A stretch of 64,000 nt of DNA from Takakia lepidozioides (lineage: Eukaryota; Plantae; Bryophyta): the NCBI GenBank assembly GCA_030704615.1, contig CM060731.1, positions 93,868,001 to 93,932,000 on the forward strand, given 5' to 3'. Numbering within the stretch: the first letter of the stretch is position 1; each line of letters opens with the position of its first letter. The notes beneath the pieces are model-generated. The model saw only the letters and a program-made list of their open reading frames with translations. It had not been told where the DNA came from and made no database searches. Both the position numbers and the translations under genes were made by a program. Shown one piece after another: positions 12,655 to 23,479 of this stretch.

Positions 12655-12975
12655 CTGCAGGATGGAAATTCGCTCCGAATTACCTGCAGGTTGGAAATTC
12701 GGCGCCAGATTTCCATCTGGCCCCGCTCCGAATTACCTGCAGGATGGAAATTCGGCGCCGGATTTCCAACCGGCCCAGCTCCGAATTACCTGCAGGATGG
12801 AAATTCGGCGCCGGATTTCCATCCGGCCACGCTCCGAATTACCTGCAGGTTGGTAATTCGGTGCCGGATTTCCTTCCGGCCCCGCTCCGAATTACCTGCA
12901 GGATGGAAATTCGGCGCCGGATTTCCGTCCGGTCACGCTCCGAATTACCTGCAGGATGGACTTTTCCATCCGGCG
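12655..12975. repeat. Tandem array B: ~5.5 x 53 bp, core GGATGGAAATTCGGCGCCGGATTTCCATCC plus CCTGCAGG
   Basis: Unit starts at 12672, 12725, 12778, 12831, 12884 and 12937. Confidence 0.95.
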
Positions 12976-13321
12976 TCTCGTGGATGAGAACGGCTCGGGC
13001 GGAGGGAGGGCCACGTTGCGTCCTACTTCATCCGCTGGATGGAAATTCGGCACCGTTTTTCCCATCCAACGGGCGACTGATGAAGTCTCGGGGGAAAGGT
13101 GGGCCTGTCGGCGCCTGTGGCCGACCCCATACCTACGACATTTAATGGCGCAGTTGCGCATTAAATGTTCTCTGCCGTCGGTTTTGAACCGGATGTTCCA
13201 CAATGATTCCACGCTTGCTTCCCGGATACGCCTTCGACACCTGATGTGACGCTTGGATGAAATTCCATTCCAGGCATGTACGCACGCATACCTCGGGAGA
13301 TTTTTTCTTTTGCTGGGACGT

Positions 13322-16300
13322 ATGCCGCGTGGAGAAGGGCGTGGCTCTCTTGAGAGAAACCCCACACCCAGACCGCGACGGAAGTTGAAGCCTTTGTACT
13401 ACGGGTGGCGTCCAACCTCTCGCATGGCCAAACTGAAGCTCCAGCAGGAGATCCCATTGTCTTGCTCACAGCCCGCGCCAACTGAAGCCGGGCACTCTCA
13501 AGCAAGCCTCTTCCTTTTCGCTTTGTGTAACATGTGCGGTCTTCCTTGTTTTTTTTTTGTTTTGGCATCTTCAGCCTGGCAGCCCTGGAAGTGCATGGTT
13601 GCATCGCAAAAGCACGAGTTGGTGAGATGAATGATGAAGGTCAGAGGGGTTAGAAAGGAGTTAGGTCGTTGCAAAAGCAGGAGTTGGTGAGAAGAATGAT
13701 GAAGGTCAGAGGGGTTAGAGCCAGGTCGTTGCTGCATTGAGATTTGCAACAGGGTGCACACCTTCGTAGATGACAAGTTGCATCCCAGAATTAAGGAAAT
13801 CCATGTTGAGCTGAGAAGATTGTCTGGGCAGATGAAGTGCCTTCAAAACATTTCACCCTCTTTTCCCGTCTTATCGAAATCGTCCTTCAATTTTCATGTT
13901 GATTTCAGCAAGTTACTGGTTGAGTGAACCTTACATAGTTTGCAATGCGTGTGCAAAGCCGGCAGCTCTGGAAAAGGTTGCTTCTGCATGTGATTCTTAG
14001 GGATTGCTTGGGTTTGTTTTCATGCTTGTTCCATGCCACTCCATACTTGGTTTTGTTTTGTTTTCATTGTTTTTCCACGATTGTTGCGATGGTGGTTGCG
14101 ATGCTCGTTGCGCTGGTGGTTTTCATTGCGATGTTGGTTCTCACGATTGTTGGGGATGACAGAGTGACAACGAGCCCGACACGCTGGTGGTATCATCGAC
14201 AGCTCCAACTGCTCGAGTAGTCACTCCAAAAGCTGCTACTCATCGCATGTTTGGATCGCCCAACTTGCGGCGGGAGGGCAAACTAAATCCTTTTGTTGGT
14301 GGACGGGAGGACCTGCAGCGAGAGTACAACAAAATAGGCATTGGGGAGGTTGGTGCAGGTGGCATGGCAGGTGAAGGGCGTCGGATGAGGACAACAGATC
14401 CGGCAATGGAGGAAGTTGATGCACATGCAATAGGGCCCGCCCACACAAAGAAGAAGAAGAAAGCCAAGCACATGCAATCCCCGGCGAGAGAGCCATCACG
14501 GGCTGCGGAGGGGGGAGTGAGAAGGGCGCGCGAGGGTGTCAGTTCGCCTCAATCAAAGGTGGTCGTCCTGGAGGCCTCCCCTGCTGCTACCCCTAGTAAG
14601 AAACAGAAGGCCCGTGAGAGGGCAAAAGAACAGGCGAGACATAAGGCTAGCCAGGAGGCAAGAGAAAAGGCCACTGAAGAGGCCAGGGTTGTCGAAATGA
14701 CAGATGCCCATGTAAGCGAGGGACGCACAGAGATGGTGGATCCCTCCAAGACACCACAAACAGGCAGTAACACACCGGTTACACCATTGCGGGTGGGAGC
14801 AGCCCACCAAATTACCCATATGGTGGAGACTGGAGGAGGGGAAAGAACACCACAAAGAGCACGGATTGTGGAAGTTCCAGGTGAAGCCGGGGAGAGGGCA
14901 GTAGAGACGGGGAGAGTGCTCGAGGTGGTTCCGGCGGTGGTTGACCATGTTGAGGACGACGAGAGGGAGCTTTCTGACCAGGATGACATCCTCCCGGACA
15001 TCCCCAGGCCCCAAACCCGGAGCATACAGGCTAGATTTGGCGGTCCGGGTGGGCTGCCGGAGAATCCCCCTGCAACAGACGTCATGTCGGAGGCGGATAT
15101 GAAGTTGGCCGTTGCCAAGATGTTGGAGGCAACCCACAGCAACATTGGCAAGGTCGTGGGGGGCATGGTGTACCCGGCCAAGCTTCGGATTCCCCTTTGC
15201 CGCTTGGTTTCATTACAGGTGGTGAGACCTGCCCTCCCAGGTGATATCGACAAGCTGAAATTCTCTTTCCGGGAGGGATATCGAATGGGGTCTGCCGCGT
15301 TTTACGTTTCCATGGAGAATGACCACGGAGCTTCTCGTGCCCACACTTCCGATGAGGTGGACAAATGGGGTCCCCATTGGCAAAGGCGAAATGAGGAGTT
15401 CGAGAGATTGATTGCTACTGATCCTCTTTTCCAGCACTTGTCCGGAAAGATGTTTTACGTGTGGGACGGCAATCATCGCCTCCTGGCATGGATGAAGTAC
15501 ATAGCCCAAGCCCACCCCAACGACTTGGATTGGCATTTCGCCGTGGAGTGTGTTGTGCTCAAGGTTGCGGGCCCCAAAGATCGCAGTCTTCTCAAAGCGG
15601 CAATGGCAGACATCAACTCATAAGTTACAATGCCTCTTGCTTTGGAACTTTGAATTTGAAACAATCATTTCATTGCCAATCGTCATATTTGTTGCAAATT
15701 CTCATTTCTGTATTGTTTAATGGAAGTGTGGCATTGCAGGATGATTGAGAATGCCTTCATTGCCACCAACTTGTCCCATATGCTCTTCCGAGTGAAGGAT
15801 GTCGAGAAGCAGGGGGTGCAAGAGTTTGCCAATTCGCTCAGTGCCGACCTGATGCGCAAGTCGGAGGCAAAGGCAGACAGAACCTGGTATAGGCTGAGCA
15901 TGGACGCCATGGTGGACTACATATTTCGGGTAAAGCTCCTGACAGTTTTGTTGAGCTAATCTGTCTCTCCTCCCCCAATAGAAGAAAAAGTGTTGACCAT
16001 GATTTCTAATCATATCTGCGCATTCTTGACAGACGAAAATTCAGTAGGATTTGGCACATGCGCGGAGGTTCTACATGGAGTCAGAGGAGAAGAAACTAAC
16101 CCTCCCGACACTGGAATCATATCTCAAAGCTGCGGAGGCGAAGGCCCGCATAAAGTACAAGTCGCGGATGGTAAACTACGTGGCCATAGCTGATCCTGCC
16201 CTTGGTGCCGACTTTCCGGTGGAGGTGGGGAAGCACTACTCCCGCGCTCTAAAGCCCACGATGACATTGGAGAAGCTGCATTGTCTAGCCACATCCTGTG

Positions 16301-19300
16301 TGGATGCAACAGAAAAGGTTATACATTCTTAACCAAATTGTCGTGGCAGCAATTCATTTTTTGGTGTTTGGCGCTTACTAATAGGCTGGGTGGTTGGACA
16401 GACCCGGTGGCTCCAAATCTAGAATGGTTCCCAAAGTACAAGGGACATGTGGAGCTTCCCCAAACCCGACAAACTGTCCGACCCCACATTCGACATGTGG
16501 ATGAACCGTATGACATGGTGGTTTCAGGTACTTTCCCACGCTTCATTTGGGGGCTTCTACTCTTGTATCGGATGGATTTATTGTATTTTTTGAGGAAAGA
16601 GGTCTGATGGAGAATCTCCACAGGTGACGACGAATGCGCAAGAGCAGCTTGACACACAAGCACATCAGTTCAAGCTGGAGATTTCTGGTGAAGCAAAGAG
16701 CCTACGCGACTATGTGACGAGGTACTTTCTGCTCTACAAAACTGACCTATTCTTTCGAGAGATACCCCATGCCCGCCAGAGTCACGAGTTCACCGATCAG
16801 CCGAACGCGGACAAAGCGGCAATGCGCCTTCTGTACAGGTACATACGCGATGCCTTTCTTTTTAGTCCCTACATTTCGAGGATTTAAGAGGCCTTATGTG
16901 GAGCATGAAAATTAGTTGTGAAGAAGTCCTTGGAAAAATGGAGCCGAATTTCCGGATTCGGGCCCTGGGGGATGGCTATCCAGGGGGTGGCTGGCACTGT
17001 CTGGAAATTCGGCGCCATTTTTCCAGTTGCAGGCCCAGTCACATCTGGGACTTAGCCATTCTTGGCCCCAACCTGGGAAAATGGCGCCGCATTTCCAGTT
17101 CAGGGCCCCGAAAATGGCCAAGTCATTGGGGTGTCTAGCACCGAAACTGGAAATTCGGCGCAATTTTTCCAGTTCCGGGCCTTGTCAGTTCTGGGACTTA
17201 GCCATTTTCGGCCCCAATCTGGGAAAATGGCGCCGAATTTCCACTTCAGGGCCCCGAAAATGGCTAAGTCCCTGGGGTGGCTGGCACCGAAACTGGAAAT
17301 TCGGCGCCATTTTTCCAGTTCCGGGCCTAGTCAGTTCTGGGACTTAGCCATTCTCGGCCCCAATGTGGGAAAATGGCGCCGAATTTCCAGTTCAGGGCCC
17401 CGAAAATGGCCAAGTCCCTAGGGTGGCTGGCACCGAAACTGGAAATTCGGCGCCATTTTTCTAGTTCCGGGCCCAGTCAGTTCTGGGACTTAGCCATTTT
17501 TGGCCCCAATCTAGGAAAATGGCGCCGAATTTCCAGTTCAAGGCCCCGAAAATGGCTCAGTCCCTGGGGTGGCTGGCACCGAAACTGGAAATTCGGCGCC
17601 ATTTTTCGCGTCTATTTTTGCAGTTTGATTCCCTATAATTTATCTTGTTCCCGGGACCTCATTCTGTGTGTGTTTCTTGAATGCAGGTACTGCAAGTTCT
17701 CCCTTTTGGAGAAAGGTCATCTGTCCTTCGAGCCGCCATTCTTCCTCGCATGGAGGAACCCTGGGGCTGACTCCATGTACACTGACGTTATCGTGAAGGA
17801 GTGGCATCTGGAACATTTGCGCGACTGCCCTTGGTATGTGGACCTTCTGCCCGGCTCGCTCGACTCATCCGAGTTTCAATTGAAGCTGGATGCGGAGGCC
17901 CGACGAAACCGGGCTCCGCTGCCTCCGCTGGGTCCAAAGGAGGCGAAAGCGCTTGCCAAGTCCAGGAAAGCGGCAGAGCTTGCTAAAGTAGGTATTCAAG
18001 AGAAATTGAATGAGAAGAATAAAGGTCAAAAGAAAAGGACATGGAAACAGGGGAGTACAGTAACCCCCAAAAAACAGAAAACCACCGGGGCACCAGAGGA
18101 GGCGCAGGAGGGGCCCCAAGGGAGTGACTCCGACGACGACTTTGCGCAAGGTCCTGCGACTGCTGCTGCTGGTACCAAGTCACCGGTCGTCCGGGTTCCC
18201 AAGTCAGTTTGGACTGGGACACGCTCTGCCAAGAAGTTGGCATTTGAGGGCGAGCCTACACGGCGGTATTCGGCGGTGACGTTTCCGCAGAGGCCAAAGC
18301 TAGAACCCCAACCATCATCCAATGTGTCAATGAGAGCTTCCTTGACGCTCTGGCTGCCAGGGCGAAGAAGGTGGCACACAACAAGTCTGTGGAGGAGCTG
18401 AAGGGGAAAGCCAAGAAGAGGGCTCCTAGTACAGAGCCTAAAGACACCCCTGGTTTCGAATCCATGATGGAATTCTTCATGGCTGTGAGCACGGATTGCA
18501 AGAGCACTCGGGGGGGGGGGGGGTGAGGTGGAGAGAGCCTGCGATATGATTCTCCTCGATATTCCAGATGGGGAGCTGCTGGAGGGCCTGGATGGTGTGC
18601 CCACCTGGAACATGTTTACTGAGGACTACTGGAGAGCTGGGTTTGGGCTGGCGGGGATGCTCCTGGATGACGGTGGATGTATTGTGGTCCTTGCCACAAG
18701 AGGGAAGACCACAGACAATGTTGTGGCAAGGTGGACACCGAAAAGTGTCACCCCGGTCCTCCTCAAAAAATGGTTCTGCATCAATACGCAGGGGTTGTGA
18801 ACAGAGGGCCAGAGTGTAAGTTATCAATCTATTGCATTCACTTCATATTGTGGTGTATCTGAACTAGACCCTGGAGTTGATCCCTCTTTTGTTGGATGTG
18901 CAGACATTGGTGTTTGAGGCATATTGTTTTGTGAAGAGAGGGTCTACATTCAAATTCCGCAACGACGGTCATCTTGTTGATACCACTGTGGACCTTGTTA
19001 CCTACGATGTCCTCTACAACTATGTGCCCCACTCCAGTATGCCGAAGGACACAAAGACAGGCAAACCGTGGCGGTACAGCCAGACCTGGAGCCCTGCTTT
19101 CATCCAAACCCTCATGGAGACGTGCTCGGATGTCCAAGGGCGTATTTTTGACCTCGCATGCGGCACGGGTAAGCCTTCACGTGCACAGTTTGTCCCCTGG
19201 CCCGATTGCAATTGTATGCCGCTTGCTACTAACTACCCGCTTTGTCCATCAGGTGCTTCAATGTGGGCAGGGACGTTGTCCGACAGACATGTCTTCGCCT

Positions 19301-20044
19301 TCGAGCCAGATACTGCCCTCCACAACTCCGAACTTGCAGCGGCTGAACGTCTGCCGAAAGAGGAAGAGGCATCCTCGGAGGATGAGGAAGAATCCGACAA
19401 GGAGCAGGGGAAGGTACAAGTTGGGATCGAGGCCGAGGTGCCCCCGGTTTATGAGTGAGTGGTCGCATTGTAAGTTGCCTCCTGATTTCGTGAGGCACCT
19501 CCCTTCGCTCTCTTATTTCATTGAAAGACCCTTTGTGCTTCTACTGGTATTGACATTCTTGAAGTGGATTTGTTCTTACTGTAGGATGCCAAGTATTGCA
19601 GGAGGGACGTCTACACCGCAGTTTATGGGCAGGAGGAACGTGCCTTTTTTTGCCAGGGGGGATTTCATGCCGAGTCCAGAAAGGGACTACATCCTTCCTA
19701 CTTATGCTACCCGGCTCACTTCGGTGTCCATTAGGAGGTCTTCCGAACCTAGTCGTGTACAACTGATTTTAGATGGGGCAAACCTCAAGAAAATGAAGAT
19801 GAGGGAGGAGGCAGCAGCTATTAGAGTCCGTCAGGCTCGTAGATTTGTCTTGGATTCTGCTGAGGAAAGTGGGGGAGAAGAGGCAGAATATTCCCAGGAG
19901 GTGAGGTGGACAGTCCCCCAAGGAGAGGACGGTATTTTTGAGAGGCATAGTGGAACTGATGCATCTCATAGCTCAGAGGATGGGGGGGATGAGGGGGATG
20001 AGGAGGAAGGTGGGGCAAGTTCCTCGGAGGGTGTAGGAGAGTAA
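13322..20044 (+). pseudogene. Multi-exon gene for a ParB/Srx-like domain fused to a beta-class N6-adenine/N4-cytosine DNA methyltransferase-like domain; decayed copy
   Basis: Tentative exons 13322-13501, 14163-15619, 15740-15929, 16033-16317, ~16350-16838 (uncertain), 17687-18815, 18904-19168, 19253-19454, 19585-20044. ParB motif FYVWDGNHRLLAW at ~15455-15490. MTase motifs DMILLDIPDG (18543-18572), LAGMLLDDGGCIVV, and spliced RIFDLACGT|GASMWAG...RHVFAFEPD. Lesions: donor GT>AT at 15620, TAG at 16045, TGA at 18798, frameshifts at ~18330-18520. Confidence 0.7.
16931..17606. repeat. Tandem array C: ~4.6 x 146 bp, two oppositely oriented GGCGCC palindromic cores per unit, inside intron 16839-17686
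   Basis: Unit starts at 17075, 17221, 17367 and 17513; cores ggaaaatggcgccgaatttcc and ggaaattcggcgccatttttcc. Confidence 0.95.
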
Positions 20045-20225
20045 TGCCCATTCCGGCTATGACAGTTATGACACACTTGTATAGATGTGGCTTGCCACAA
20101 AATTTGCAATAAAATGTTGCATTTCATTGCTATGACGAGTCCACTGGTGCCAAATTCCAACTTCATATGACCCTATTTCCGTGCCTCCTAACCCTATTTC
20201 CGTGGACACACAATGGTCCGCTCAT

Positions 20226-20258
<33 letters not shown>

Positions 20259-20451
20259 CATGCTCATGCTCATTCCGCTCATGAAATAGCAGCCCCCTTC
20301 TCCCGGGATGATTGGGACCTCCGATTACAGCGTGAGTGGGATGTGTATGATATAAATAGGGTTCCTTTGAGACCGGATCGCGGTAGAGGGGCATTGTAGA
20401 TATTCTCATGATGTACTTTGCATACATCCGATTAATCGATTGATGTAAATT

Positions 20452-22450
20452 TTTTCTTTTACTCGGCCGACCATGGTTAACACAAGCCCAATCACACCAC
20501 GATTGGGGAAGTCAGACTCTCACGATCAAAAAGGGATCAGAACAAATCACCATCACTACGAAACAACGATGTACCATTCCACGAGAGAAACGACCTTGCA
20601 TAGTGGAAGAGTATGATTGGTCCAGTGGATTGTCGGATGAAGAAGAAGCCACAGTATATGCAGCACATCCACAGTTGGAACCTATTGGGCAATTAGTGGT
20701 CCAGCATACCACCACAGTAGGGTGTCACATGGTGAACACCCAAGGAGAACCGAATACTTCGAGAACGGAAGATCCAGAGGAAGAAGCTATGGATACACCT
20801 CAACACCCTGCCCGTTTTTACCAAGAAAGGGAAGAGGATATTAAAATCAGTGAAGTTCCTGCCACGATTGCAACCATTGGACAAGAGATTGCAGGATGGA
20901 TAGTAACAGAAGAAACTCAATTGATTCAAGTGAATCTGGGAACATTGGAAGAACCACAGATAATACGAGTAAGTGTAGGTCTTGAAGAATCATTTCTACA
21001 AGAAGCCACTCCATTATTCACTGAATACAATGATGTATTTGCCTGGAACTACAAAGATTTGAAGGGTATACCTTCTAACATCTGTCAGCACCGAATTGAA
21101 CTGGAAGTTGACACAAAACCAATTCGTCAGAACCGTTACAGGATGAACCCCAACTATGCAGCTAAAGTTTGGGAAGAAATCAAGAAATTACTGGATGCAG
21201 GATTCATATACCCAGTGGAGACACCACAATGGTTATCGCCCATTGTAATAGTACCCAAGAAAAATGGAAAATTACGAGTATGTGTGGACTACCGCAAGTT
21301 AAACGCAGGAACCAAGAAAGACCCATTTCCACTACCTTTCACCAAAATAGTGTTGGACACAGTGGCTGGACATGAGATGTACTCATTCATGGATGGGTTC
21401 AGTGGGTACAACCAGGTGTAGATGGCAGAAGAAGACCGAGAAAAGACCGCATTCATCACTGAATGGGGAGCCTATGCTTACAAAGTCATGCCATTTGGAC
21501 TTTGCAACGCACCAGCCACGTTTCAGCGAGCAGTATCTGAAATATTCAAGAATTATCTCAACGATTTTATGCAGGTATTTTTGGATGATTTTAGTGTCTT
21601 CGGACAGAAATCCAAACACTCGGCACAGTTAAAACTTTGCCTACAAGCCTGCAGAAACAATGGAGTAAGTCTCAATCCAAAAAAATGTACATTTTGTGTG
21701 AATTCAGGATTATTGTTGGGACACATTGTGTGCCAATAGGGAATTCTGGTGGATCCAAAGAAAGTGGAGGTTATCCAGAAAATACCACCACCAGAATATC
21801 CCAAGAAACTCAAGAGATTTCTGGGACAGACAAGCTACTACAGAAGGTACATGGACAAATAAGCTCACAGAACGGCACCAGTCTATAGATTGCTGAAGCA
21901 AGATGCCGAATACCGATGGTCTCCAGCTTGCCAGGAATCATTTGATTCACTAAAAAGGGCACTTATAGCAGCACCAATTCTGATAAATCCAAGATGGGAT
22001 TTACCATTTCATGTACACAGTGATGCATCAGGCATTGCTTTGGGAGCAGTTCTAGCTCAGAATGTGACAGACACAATAGATTCACCAATATATTATGCAA
22101 GCAGATTGCTGACAGCAGCCGAGAAGAATTATAGCACACAGAAATGGAAGCATTGGCAATGATTTATGCTGTTCAAAAGTTTCGGCATTATTTACTTGGC
22201 AATCGCTTTAAGTTTATTGTTGATCATCAGGCTCTAGTTCATTTAGCAAATCGACCACTAGCTAGTGGTAGGGTTGCTCGATGGTTATTACTTCTTCATG
22301 AGTATGATTTTGAAGTCGTTCATAAACCAGGAAGATTACATGTTACAGTAGATCATCTGTCAAGGAATACTACAGGAGAAGCAGCCACGGGGGTAGAGGA
22401 TGAACTTCCCGACGCATTTCTGTTTGTTGTTCAACCAGAAGCACCAGATG
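20452..22450 (+). pseudogene. Gypsy pol fragment (protease end, reverse transcriptase, RNase H), with in-frame stops
   Basis: ORFs 20603-21421, 21422-21739, 21890-22162 and 22144-22719 carry canonical RT and RNase H motifs. Confidence 0.92.
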
Positions 22451-23479
22451 AAGAGACAGATCCTCTAGACGATCTGGGAATGTTTCAAGGAGACTATGAC
22501 CTTCCACATACTCTTAAACTCATGGATGACACTGATGAAGAAGAGGACTCATCAGATGAAGATGAACCACTTGATGAAGGACCTATTATTGAGGAAGAGC
22601 CAGATCCAGAAGAAGAAGATGACAAGGAAAACAAAGAAACAAACAATCAAGAATTGGCCAATATTAGTATTGGAGCCTATACAGTTACCAACACAAATTC
22701 AAGGCACCACTACGGCTAGACCACCATTCATCTGGAGGACAGCATTACCACCCCGTATACCGTATGGTGAACCGTGGCCAGCACAGATGCCCTACAGAAC
22801 CGTAAACCAATACAAAGCAGCCAACGAGTCACTGCTTGTGTTAAACTTCGAGATGTACGCTCCAGATTACCCCACCGACCGTGGTAATCATACACCACTA
22901 ACCATCGATCATAACACGGAGGAAGAACGACGGCGCAATCCAATGGATTGCCAAAAGACGGCGGATGATAAGGGCAAAGCCATTAAACCAAGCTGCAAGT
23001 AGTGCGCACACGCCGCCCATCTAAAAACAGACCACGTACCAAAGTGGATGAACACATCCAAGATGGATGAACATAAACTGACCGAAACCGGACAATCATC
23101 AACGACCATCAGTTCGATCCAAGACAAACCACGAAGAAAACACCAACGGAAGAAAATTAGGCACAAAAGGGATGAAGTTTACTCAAAACCGTTACCAGAA
23201 GCTAAATGCTTCTTGGTGAGCCTGGGCCCAGCGATTAAAGCTAATTGCGCTTTAAACCTAGGCAAACAGCAGGACAAAATTACCTCCACGAGAACCTCGA
23301 GAGAAGTTAGAGGAGAAGCCTACAGAGGAGAACCCCTACTTAAACCCAGAAACGAACTCCTCACCTTCTCTTCCGCAAACTCGAAATTGCTGTCTACACA
23401 ACTTCCAGTGTGCTTCATACTGCTTGTGATACAAGAATTGGTGCTCCAATTCCTTACAACAACAACAAAACTAAGGGAA

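Larger units (their letters stand above)
10221..20450. mobile_element. Putative large Mutator-like DNA transposon carrying a ParB-methyltransferase cargo gene and palindromic tandem arrays; left part lost to an LTR insertion; right end approximate
   Basis: Bounded by an LTR end (10220) and the middle of a Gypsy protease (~20452); contains a homolog of the N-terminus of the MULE transposase at 63417-63830; no TIR or TSD identified. Confidence 0.55.

Noticed and set aside
12131-12975. CRISPR-like array (palindromic repeats at regular spacing)
   Set aside because: The intervening sequences are themselves repeated rather than unique spacers; no cas genes; eukaryotic context.
11985-13365. Many overlapping ORFs with repeated peptides (MEIRRR, GWKFGA), also at 16896-17600
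   Set aside because: Translation artefacts of the tandem arrays; array C lies in a phase-compatible GT-AG intron.
13322-20044. Bacterial or phage contamination as the source of the ParB-MTase
   Set aside because: The motifs are split by spliceosomal introns and the gene is contiguous with plant TEs without a gap.
20423-20446. Small hairpin (cgattaatcg) as a Helitron-type 3' end of the cargo element
   Set aside because: No CTRR terminus and no Rep/helicase sequence; too short to be diagnostic.
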